A stretch of DNA of 64,000 nt, taken from NCBI GenBank assembly GCA_000996245.1, contig LBYP01000004.1, positions 10,860 through 74,859 of the forward strand, given 5' to 3'. The DNA comes from Parcubacteria group bacterium GW2011_GWA2_40_23. GTDB taxonomy: Bacteria > Patescibacteriota > Patescibacteriia > UBA11705 > JABHMO01. The position numbers were made by a program, and so were the translations under genes. Of this stretch, positions 55,915-64,000 are shown piece after piece. Every line of letters begins with the position of its first letter. Within the stretch, counting starts at the first letter, position 1. The notes beneath the pieces were generated by a model, which was not told the origin of the DNA, did not search any database, and was given only the letters and a program-made list of their open reading frames with translations.

Positions 55915-56619
55915 ATGGAAAAAAAAGAAGAAGTCCTCAGCACCAATCAGTGCGGGGAAAGTAAAAAAGTTCGAACTCCGTTCACACGCCCCTTGCGTCA
56001 AAAAGGTGGAATTTATTTTTACGCTGGTTCAATTACCAATCGTAAAAATGTGTTTGTAACGTCAGAGTACATCAATCTACTGGTGAATGCGTTTAAGTAT
56101 TCAGAATTAAAGAAAGACATTAAAAATTTGGCTTATGTTGTGATGCCTAATTTTTTCTATTGGATTTTTAAGTTGAGCGAAACGCAAGATGACCCAGTAA
56201 GTGTTTTTGGTGAATTAAAGCGTGATGTGGCACGAGAAATTATCCAAAATTTAAACATGGAAATCAAAGATGCTAATTTCCAAGTGGATCCAATTATGAG
56301 TGGCAATGAACGTGTCGCCAGATCTTCTCCACAAAGAATTTTGGCAACTTTTGCAGAAGAAGCGAAGAAGTATGAAAATAAGCGCTATCGCGTTTGGACT
56401 CCTAAAACTGAATTGCGTTTAGTCGACACCCCAGAGTTATTGCAAGAGAAATTAGCGGCCATTAAAAAGGCTCCTTCAAACGATCGTTGGCAATTAGTTA
56501 AAGATTCCAAGAAATATCCTTATCTGTATTTGGCCGAAGATTTAGCAGAGTTAAGTCAAGAGGAACTGAAAGAATTTAGTCTTAATCTAGTCTCACAAGT
56601 CGCTTACACCACGTCCTAG
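55915..56619 (+). CDS. RAYT/IS200 Y1-transposase-like protein lacking catalytic residues
   Basis: YF....TNRK.VF, LAYVVMPNFFY (for MPNHxH), RVWTP, KLAAIKKAP (for YIxxNP). Confidence 0.7.
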   Translation: MEKKEEVLSTNQCGESKKVRTPFTRPLRQKGGIYFYAGSITNRKNVFVTSEYINLLVNAFKYSELKKDIKNLAYVVMPNFFYWIFKLSETQDDPVSVFGELKRDVAREIIQNLNMEIKDANFQVDPIMSGNERVARSSPQRILATFAEEAKKYENKRYRVWTPKTELRLVDTPELLQEKLAAIKKAPSNDRWQLVKDSKKYPYLYLAEDLAELSQEELKEFSLNLVSQVAYTTS

Positions 56620-56682
56620 CTTTTGTCGATAGTTAATTCATAATGGGGTTGGTAGCAACCTATCAACCCCTTTCAAGGAGCT

Positions 56683-58824
56683 ATGCAAAGAAGATTCGGA
56701 GTTTTAGTAGTTTGTCTTATGTTAATAATGTCATGTATGAATGCACAAGAAACCATAGCGGCCGTAGTGGATAATAATATTTCCGGCAGTAACGTTAAAC
56801 AATATTATTTCTTTGATTGCGATAAGACGGATTGTCAGGTTTTGTTTAAAGAAATCAGTGAGGACGCGACTGTTGTTCCAGTCGAGGAACCAGCAGAGCT
56901 TCCGGTTATTGGAAGCTCGGACTCAGGAGTTGTCGATGCTGAAACTGTGGATGTCCCAGAAATAGTTATAGAAGTTGTCGACGACACAAACCAAGTTGAA
57001 GACTCTTCCGTGACCGAAGTAACTGATCAAGTCGAAACGTCTGATATTGTCGCACCATTAACAACATATTCTTTCCAATCTGTACGTATAAACGAAGTTG
57101 TCTCTGCCGCTGAAACAGGAGAAAAAGAATGGGTTGAATTGTATAATCCAACAACAGAAACGATTGATCTTCAAAATTGGATAATCGAAGAAGGTTCTGG
57201 CACAAAAACGATTCTGACTGGTCAAATTGAAGCAAAAGGTTATCTTGTGTTCGAAACTAAGAACCTAAACAACAGCGGCGATTTGGTTCTTCTCAAAGAC
57301 GCTACGGGCAAGGTAATTGATCAAGTCGTTTACGGCGATTGGGACGATGGGGATAAGTCTGATAACTGGCCAGCTAGTGACAAAGGCGAAGCCTTATCAT
57401 TATATGAAGGGGAATACGTGGTTAACCCTCAAACAACGCAAGGAGAAATTAATATTTATGACAGATTAGAAACAGTTGTTGAAACTCAAACTGAGACAAC
57501 AGTGCAAACAGAAGTTGAGGTTAGTCCCCAACCGGTCGAAGTGGTTGTGCCAGAAGTAGTGGAGACCGCCGGCGCCGCGACGACTGAACCTTCAGCATCA
57601 ACTATCGCCTACCAGTACTCGGACGTTGTCAGGATCAATGAGCTCCTTCCGGCGCCGGCCACCGGTAGCGAAGAATGGATAGAACTCTACAATTCCGGTT
57701 CAACGGATGTCGACCTTCGCGGTTGGTCCATTGATGACGCCGAAGGTGGCAGTACTCCGTATATTATTTCAGAATCTTTGATTATCAGGGCTCAAGGTTA
57801 TTTAGTTCTGCCTCAATTAAAAACGAAGGTTCAACTTAATAATTCGTCAGATGAAGTTCGGCTAATAGATCCAGACCAAAAAGTTATTGATTCAGTTTCT
57901 TACGCAGCAACGCATTCGAATGTTAGTTGGTCAAAGATTGATACTAATTGGGTCGAAACAGAGCTTTTAACGCCGGAATTGGTGAATGCTTTAGCGGAGG
58001 TTGATCCATTAGTGATAAGCTCGTCCATCGAAGAAACAGAAACCTTGACTGCAGATCCGGCATTTCAAGGTCTTGGAATTAGTGAGGCCGCGGCCTTGGA
58101 CTTAAGAACTCAGGTAATGGTCGAGGCCGCCGTGACAGTTCTCCCGGGAACTTTCAGTAAAAATTTAATTTATGTTCAGGATGAAACTGGTGGTATACAA
58201 GTTTATTTTGATGCAGCCACTTGGCCACAACTTTCACTCGGACAAGAAGTTGTAATTGCTGGTACAATTTCGCAAAGTTTGGGTGAAAAAAGAATTTTGA
58301 TTAAGAATGCGACTGATGTATTTGTCAAAGAAACGACTCGTGCAGTTCTGCCATTCAAAATAAATACAGAGATGTTGAGTCCCACACTAGTCGGATCTTT
58401 GGTTGAGCTGGAAGCAACTTTGTTTAAAAAAGATGGGAGTACTTGGTTTATGACTGATTCTGTTGGCGGAGTGAAAGTGTATTTGAAAAAAGGTTCTCAA
58501 ATCCCAAGTACCTTATTCAATGTTAATGACAAACTCAAAATCACGGGTGTTCTCGTTCAAAATAATGGAGAATTCATGATTCAACCACGTAATGATCAGG
58601 ATATTGTTAATCTTTCATTGACTGAAGATGGTGGAGCGGGCGCAAGCATTGAAACACAAGAAACAATCCCTCCTGGTTCAACACAAAAGAATGTACTCGT
58701 AGGTTTGGGTGTAGGTGCTGGTGTTCTGGGCGCAATTAATTTGTTCTTAGCTCTAAAAAAATATTTACCCAAGCGTAAAATTCGGGGTTATTGGTATCGT
58801 TTGAAAACTAGCCTTCAGGGTTAA
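56683..58824 (+). CDS. Surface protein with two lamin-tail domains, OB-fold-like domains and C-terminal TM anchor
   Basis: Two VRINE...EW(V/I)ELYN...LNNS.D.V.L.D repeats; IYVQDETGGIQVY; IQPRNDQDI. Confidence 0.8.
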   Translation: MQRRFGVLVVCLMLIMSCMNAQETIAAVVDNNISGSNVKQYYFFDCDKTDCQVLFKEISEDATVVPVEEPAELPVIGSSDSGVVDAETVDVPEIVIEVVDDTNQVEDSSVTEVTDQVETSDIVAPLTTYSFQSVRINEVVSAAETGEKEWVELYNPTTETIDLQNWIIEEGSGTKTILTGQIEAKGYLVFETKNLNNSGDLVLLKDATGKVIDQVVYGDWDDGDKSDNWPASDKGEALSLYEGEYVVNPQTTQGEINIYDRLETVVETQTETTVQTEVEVSPQPVEVVVPEVVETAGAATTEPSASTIAYQYSDVVRINELLPAPATGSEEWIELYNSGSTDVDLRGWSIDDAEGGSTPYIISESLIIRAQGYLVLPQLKTKVQLNNSSDEVRLIDPDQKVIDSVSYAATHSNVSWSKIDTNWVETELLTPELVNALAEVDPLVISSSIEETETLTADPAFQGLGISEAAALDLRTQVMVEAAVTVLPGTFSKNLIYVQDETGGIQVYFDAATWPQLSLGQEVVIAGTISQSLGEKRILIKNATDVFVKETTRAVLPFKINTEMLSPTLVGSLVELEATLFKKDGSTWFMTDSVGGVKVYLKKGSQIPSTLFNVNDKLKITGVLVQNNGEFMIQPRNDQDIVNLSLTEDGGAGASIETQETIPPGSTQKNVLVGLGVGAGVLGAINLFLALKKYLPKRKIRGYWYRLKTSLQG

Positions 58825-58870
58825 CGCTTCAGCTAAGAAAAAATATACGGTTAATGCATTTGTGTCGGTC

Positions 58871-58898
58871 GTAGGGAACAAAATTTTTTGTTCCCTAC
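58871..58898. repeat. GTAG-type REP-like palindrome (copy 3)
   Basis: GTAGGGAACAAAATTTTTTGTTCCCTAC inside longer arms spanning 58838-58924. Confidence 0.85.
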
Positions 58899-58995
58899 GA
58901 CCGACCGATGCCCGTATATTTTTTATATCGCTTGTGTATAAACTTTGTTGGAAGTACCAATTTGTGTTATAATTAACTCAAATAAGATATATTCG

Positions 58996-61878
58996 ATGCG
59001 ATATCGATTATCGAAAATTTTACATTATTTAGGAAGTAAACTTCAATCTTGCTTTGAGTTTATTAAATTTGTTTTTGTTCCAAGGCAGAAATATTTTGTC
59101 ATTGGAACTTTTGTTATTATCGGATTTAGTGTCTTTATTTGTGGTCGAGTGGCTTATGGCGGTTGGCTTGGCCCTAGCTGGGAGGATATAATGCACCTGC
59201 TAAATTCTGTTTTGTTCATGTTTGCCAGTATGCTTGGTTGGGTTGCCATGAAGATTTTTGCCTTAGTGATCATGGTGTGTCAATACAATACTTTCGTAAC
59301 TTCACTAGCAGTAGTTAAAGCCTGGGTCTTGATCCGAGATGTTTGTAATATGGGTTTTGTGGTAATCTTACTGATAATCGCTTTTGCTCAAATTTTAAAT
59401 GTTCAAAAATATAGTATTAAAACATTATTACCGAAGGTTCTAATAACTGCGGTCTTAATAAATTTTAGTAAACTACTCTGTGGTTTAATGATTGATGTTA
59501 GTCAGGTTGTGATGATGACCTTTGTAAATGGATTTCAGGCTACGGCTGGTGCGAATCTAGTTAATGGGTTGGGGCTGGCTAAGTTAATGAAACTAAGCGC
59601 AGAAAACTCTGAAAACGGAGCAGCAAAAGGAAGTGGACCAACTGGTGCCCAAATATTTTTAGCTTTATGTTTGGGGATTTTAATACTTATTGCCATGATT
59701 TGTGTCATGTTTTTTATTGCTTTAATATTGGTAATGAGAATAGTTACTCTGTGGTTATTAGTTATTTTAGCTCCGGCAGCTTGGGCGTTTAGCATGTTTC
59801 CTGGCATGGGTGAAGGTAAGTATAACGATTGGTGGAAAAATTTTGGTTCAACAGTAGCTGTGGGGCCATTCATGGCGTTTTTTTTGTGGATTTCCCTCTT
59901 GGTAATGTCTAATCCAGACCAGATGATAGCGAATATGAATGAAATGAATGCTGGTATCGAAGCCAAGAGTGGCGATAAACCAGCGGTTGGTGCTTTAGAC
60001 AATCTTGCTCAGGCAGCCATGGGTTTGGTTTTGCTTATGGCCAGTTTAATTGCTGCCCAAGAAGGCGGTGGCGCTATTGGTAAGCTAGCTGCCAAGGGGC
60101 AATCTGTTGCCACTGCGGCGGTGCAAAAGACAGCTATGAAGTTTTCTGGTGCGCAAGCTGTGGCTGATAGAGGTAAGGCTGCGTATGCTGGATATAAAGA
60201 ACAAAAAGACGCCAAGCAAGCAGCGAAGCTGGCACCCTGGAAAGAGAAAGGTGCTAAAGTTGCTTCAGCGCAAAACAAAATACAGGCGAACTTAATACAT
60301 CCTGTTTCGGCTGTAAAAGCGGCTGGAGCTGGTATTAAGAAAGGTGCGGAAACTTATTCTAAAACAAGAACAGAGGGGGGCGGTGTTTTAAAAAGTTTGT
60401 CTGCTGCTAAAAAAGCTGCTGCTAAAGAAGGCAAGGCACGTTTTATGAAGGATCAAGGTGGCAAGCTCAATATGCGTATGGCCAATGCGGTTGATTCTAA
60501 TGTTCACAAAGAGGCCATGGAAAAAGGAAAAAAATCACTAGGAGATCGTGGTATTAAATCAGATGCAGATTTAGATGATATAATTTCCGGTAAGATAAAG
60601 GCTAGTGAGGCAGAGAAAAAGACCGCCATGCTTATGAAGGCTGAGCGCGGTAATTTAACGGCTGACCAGGCAAAGCAAGGCAAGGAAATGATGGGTGATG
60701 ATGCGGCCAGTGCTGATGTCTTTGAGGCGAGCATGAAGAAAAAACAAGTTCATTTGGCTTATAATTTTGATGATGCTGGCGAAAGAGCACGGTTTGATAA
60801 AGATGTTAAATCTGGGGATATTGATTTAACTAAACAAGGTGTGGATGCATATAAAGATCAGAAGTTTATGAGTGCTGCCGTTGGATCACTGGGGGCAAAA
60901 GCTTTTGGTGATCAAATGAAGAAGGTTGGTGATAGAAGTGATGAACACAAAGAAGCTGTTAAGAATACAGTGAAGGATCCGGCTTTTGCACCAACAGCGT
61001 TAACTGCATTAAATAATCAGAGAACTGCTGCTGCTACGGAGGTCACAAACAAAACAACGGAGCTTGCAGCTTTGACCGCCGGATCACCAGCGCACACTAA
61101 AAAACAAGAGGAACTAAACAAGGTGATTGCAGTGAAGACAAAAGCAGATGCGGATCACGCAAACACAAAGAAAGCTTTACCTGAAGCAATTGCTAAAGTG
61201 TCTGGTGATCTTGATATGGCGTTCATTAACCGTGATGATAATGGTGTGCCCCACCCAGCAGGTCATCCAGAGGCGGGAATTAACCAGGCAGGGTTAGCTG
61301 GCTATGTTAAGGGATTGGATGCAAAAGGATTAGCTAAGTTAAATCTTTCGGGTTCATCGGATGCTGTAAAACATGGTGTAGCTTCTAATGTTAATGCTAA
61401 TGCATTAAATAATTTGGCCAAGTCTAATGTTGAAGGTTCTAATGAGCAGGTTCAAGAGCTTACTAAAGCCATGGCTGAATTTGTTAATAGTCCTTCACTT
61501 GATCCTGCGACATCGAGTCCTGCGGAAATAGCTGATAATGAAACAAAGAAAGCAGCTTCGCTTAAAGAATTACTAAAAGCAGTAAGTAAGGATGAGACAT
61601 CCGCTGCTTTTGGGGACAAGGAAACAGCAATTTTAACTGCTGTTAACGCTGCTCAAACGGCATTAAATAGTAGACGTGCCGCAGCTGGACAAGCACCGGT
61701 TCAATCAACTCAGCAAGGACAGGCTGCGGCTGACGCCGCTTCTGCTGTTGCGAGGACTGCCGCTGACGCGACTGCCGCTGCTAATGCTGCTACGACTGCT
61801 GCGGCTAGAGACGCGGCGTTGGCGCAAGCTATTGCTGATGCATTGAGACGTGGCGGTCCACTACCACCTACTCCTTAG
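58996..61878 (+). CDS. VirB6/TrbL-like polytopic membrane protein with long Ala/Lys-rich tail
   Basis: W.LIRDVCN, AVLINFSKL, RIVTLWLLVILAP, WWKNF pattern; start placed at ATG 58996. Confidence 0.7.
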   Translation: MRYRLSKILHYLGSKLQSCFEFIKFVFVPRQKYFVIGTFVIIGFSVFICGRVAYGGWLGPSWEDIMHLLNSVLFMFASMLGWVAMKIFALVIMVCQYNTFVTSLAVVKAWVLIRDVCNMGFVVILLIIAFAQILNVQKYSIKTLLPKVLITAVLINFSKLLCGLMIDVSQVVMMTFVNGFQATAGANLVNGLGLAKLMKLSAENSENGAAKGSGPTGAQIFLALCLGILILIAMICVMFFIALILVMRIVTLWLLVILAPAAWAFSMFPGMGEGKYNDWWKNFGSTVAVGPFMAFFLWISLLVMSNPDQMIANMNEMNAGIEAKSGDKPAVGALDNLAQAAMGLVLLMASLIAAQEGGGAIGKLAAKGQSVATAAVQKTAMKFSGAQAVADRGKAAYAGYKEQKDAKQAAKLAPWKEKGAKVASAQNKIQANLIHPVSAVKAAGAGIKKGAETYSKTRTEGGGVLKSLSAAKKAAAKEGKARFMKDQGGKLNMRMANAVDSNVHKEAMEKGKKSLGDRGIKSDADLDDIISGKIKASEAEKKTAMLMKAERGNLTADQAKQGKEMMGDDAASADVFEASMKKKQVHLAYNFDDAGERARFDKDVKSGDIDLTKQGVDAYKDQKFMSAAVGSLGAKAFGDQMKKVGDRSDEHKEAVKNTVKDPAFAPTALTALNNQRTAAATEVTNKTTELAALTAGSPAHTKKQEELNKVIAVKTKADADHANTKKALPEAIAKVSGDLDMAFINRDDNGVPHPAGHPEAGINQAGLAGYVKGLDAKGLAKLNLSGSSDAVKHGVASNVNANALNNLAKSNVEGSNEQVQELTKAMAEFVNSPSLDPATSSPAEIADNETKKAASLKELLKAVSKDETSAAFGDKETAILTAVNAAQTALNSRRAAAGQAPVQSTQQGQAAADAASAVARTAADATAAANAATTAAARDAALAQAIADALRRGGPLPPTP

Positions 61879-61965
61879 TTATGAGCGAGGAGTGATAGTT
61901 GCTACGTCAGTAACTGCGAGTATCTAGAAGTTCGCAAGCTGTTAAACAATAATAACAACAAAGAA

Positions 61966-63510
61966 ATGTCAGCCAAACAGACACAATTAAGCACCTTTGG
62001 CCAAGTCATAATTCCTCAAGAAATAAATGATTTACGGAATTCTGATTTTGCTAGCGAGTTAAGCATGGCTATAATAAGTCAGTTTTCTTTTACGGTTTTT
62101 CAGTTGTCTGCCATGACACATTTGGTTCACGATATCTATTATAAAAAAGTTAGCCTTGATGACTTGGAAAGCCAGATTGCTGTTATTTTTGCTCTCGATA
62201 AAAGTAAAAGTTTAGCATTAGCTAAAGAAATTTGTATTAAACGCTTACTTATCGCTGATAAAGAATGGTTCGATGGTGCTGTCTCGCAGAAATTAAAGAA
62301 AATGGGAGTAAACCCAGATGATTTTGCGGCCTTCCTTAGCGAATATCGCCGTTCTTATGAAGAAGAAAAACGAACTGCAAGTGAAATGGAAAAAATCCGA
62401 CAGGAAGAAGAAAAAGCTGAATCAGCAGAAGAGTATGTCAATAAAAAATTGAATGAAGCTCCCCTTGTTGTCACTGACCCGGAAGAAGAAAAAGCATCAG
62501 CTAAACAAGGCTTTTCTAATTACTTGGTTCCAGTGTTAATTGCTGACGATTATGCGTTAAAGATAGATTTGAATGTACGTTTAATTACTTTATTAACCGG
62601 AGACGACTCAAGAACATTTCAAAGAGAGCTTTTGGATGTCTTGTATCAAAATACGGAAAAGATTACGACTAATCCTATTAAGCTAAAAACTGAAATAGTT
62701 GATCCTTCGGTTGGTAATTGGCTTAAAGATTATGTGGCGTTTACTGGGATTGATGAGGTTGTTAGTACCATTAAGAAAGCGCAATATATTACGCAATCAG
62801 AAAATATTAAAGCTTTAACGCCAGAAGACAAAGAAAAATTAGAAAAATTATTTGATTTATACATTAATATCAAGAATTTTTACGATAATGTTACTAAATA
62901 CGATTTAGACGAGGTTTCTATTTTCCCTTTCACAGCCAAAGAACAACAGGATTTTTTGACAGAGCTGGAGTCTTATACAGCCTCTGAAGGAGAAGAAGGA
63001 TCTGAAGCAAAACCAGCGGAACCTAAATCAATTGAAGGATTATTACAAGAAAAAGTTGTTGAAGAAAAGAAAGTCGCGTTGGAAAAAGACGTCATTTCTC
63101 AAAAAACAAGAAATGAATTTGATAAAGTCGCTGACGTTTTTGAAGATTTTCTGTTACGACGCAAACGTTACGAAATTATTGCTTGTCTAGAAATTTTTGC
63201 TGAGACGGGTGCCTTAGCGAACCTAATTTCAAAGGATGCACGTTTCAATTCTTTACTTTTTGGCTATTTTAAACGTAATAACCTCCAAGCCGAAGAAGTG
63301 GCTTTTAAAAAAGAGCCTTACCAGGCGCGCCAGGTCCAACATTTCCTTAAATTTGTTTTTCTGGAACGTTTAGGCCTTTCTGAAAATGACGGTGCTCGCT
63401 GGACCGTGCGTTTATCAAATATATTTAGAACTAAGGGCTTATTAGCTTATGCCCAACTTGCATACTTAGATTTAAGTGATCATAAATTTAAATGGACGGA
63501 GGGACTATGA
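61966..63510 (+). CDS. Hypothetical helical protein
   Basis: 514-aa ORF. Confidence 0.8.
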   Translation: MSAKQTQLSTFGQVIIPQEINDLRNSDFASELSMAIISQFSFTVFQLSAMTHLVHDIYYKKVSLDDLESQIAVIFALDKSKSLALAKEICIKRLLIADKEWFDGAVSQKLKKMGVNPDDFAAFLSEYRRSYEEEKRTASEMEKIRQEEEKAESAEEYVNKKLNEAPLVVTDPEEEKASAKQGFSNYLVPVLIADDYALKIDLNVRLITLLTGDDSRTFQRELLDVLYQNTEKITTNPIKLKTEIVDPSVGNWLKDYVAFTGIDEVVSTIKKAQYITQSENIKALTPEDKEKLEKLFDLYINIKNFYDNVTKYDLDEVSIFPFTAKEQQDFLTELESYTASEGEEGSEAKPAEPKSIEGLLQEKVVEEKKVALEKDVISQKTRNEFDKVADVFEDFLLRRKRYEIIACLEIFAETGALANLISKDARFNSLLFGYFKRNNLQAEEVAFKKEPYQARQVQHFLKFVFLERLGLSENDGARWTVRLSNIFRTKGLLAYAQLAYLDLSDHKFKWTEGL

Positions 63511-64000
63511 CCGACATTGATCTTTCAAGTTACATGTTAGTTAAGGACAAAGATGGCCAACTCAAATATTATAAAGATGGTCAGTTTTTTAGCACCGAGG
63601 AAATGGATGCTTTAATTAAACAAAGTACAGAAAAACAAGACTCTGTTGTTAAAAAAATTGATTTCAAACCAGTTTTAACTTTTACAGAAAAGAAAAAAGA
63701 ATTAACACCAAGAATAGTTACTCCCAAAGCAGAGTCAGAAACGCAGTCGGAGATCCCACGAAATAATACTCTCGACGCTCAACGTTCTGCTGACCAAAAA
63801 GCAATTGAAGCCACAGTCAAAAATATTATTGCCCAACTTAAGATTTCTTTTTCAGATGAAGTTATTGAACGACGTTTTTTGAATATATTAACTACTTATT
63901 TCCGCGGAATTCGTACTCAAAAAGAAATCGAATATGTTTTGGCTTTGCCACGTATCAGTGGTGGTATGGAATTACCAGCTGACAAAGCAAAATTAATTTG
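63507..64000 (+). CDS. Hypothetical protein (partial)
   Basis: ATGA overlap with the previous stop; MTDIDLSSYMLVKDKDGQLKYYKDG...; frame open to the window end. Confidence 0.75.
   Translation, partial: MTDIDLSSYMLVKDKDGQLKYYKDGQFFSTEEMDALIKQSTEKQDSVVKKIDFKPVLTFTEKKKELTPRIVTPKAESETQSEIPRNNTLDAQRSADQKAIEATVKNIIAQLKISFSDEVIERRFLNILTTYFRGIRTQKEIEYVLALPRISGGMELPADKAKLI

Overview
This is an AT-rich bacterial chromosome segment. Its gene content and style (short EF-Ts, mostly SD-less starts, VirD4-like and VirB6-like membrane proteins, DUF5666/DUF5667-like proteins, a large surface protein) suggest Patescibacteria/CPR (inference). The housekeeping backbone is rplA-rplK-nusG-secE-gyrB, rodA, rplY, prmC-prfA-rpmE, lgt, rpsB-tsf, pheS/pheT, dnaX, tRNA-Gln(CTG) and thiI. 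The main accessory system is a complete diversity-generating retroelement between lgt and rpsB. It comprises a GC-rich target gene (16377-17150), a VR (17022-17147) and TR (17303-17428) with 28 of 29 mismatches at TR adenines, an Avd on the opposite strand overlapping the RT start, and a YCDD reverse transcriptase. Other notable items: (1) an intact RAYT/Y1-transposase-like ORF that has lost its HUH and catalytic Tyr, in a region carrying GTAG-type REP palindromes and several other dispersed repeat families; (2) a candidate ~95-nt three-way-junction sRNA with its own promoter and terminator, facing a frameshifted nuclease-like gene; (3) an Eco47II-like RM system; (4) two ECF sigma/anti-sigma modules; (5) several single-lesion pseudogenes. 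Family assignments are by motif recognition only; no searches were run.
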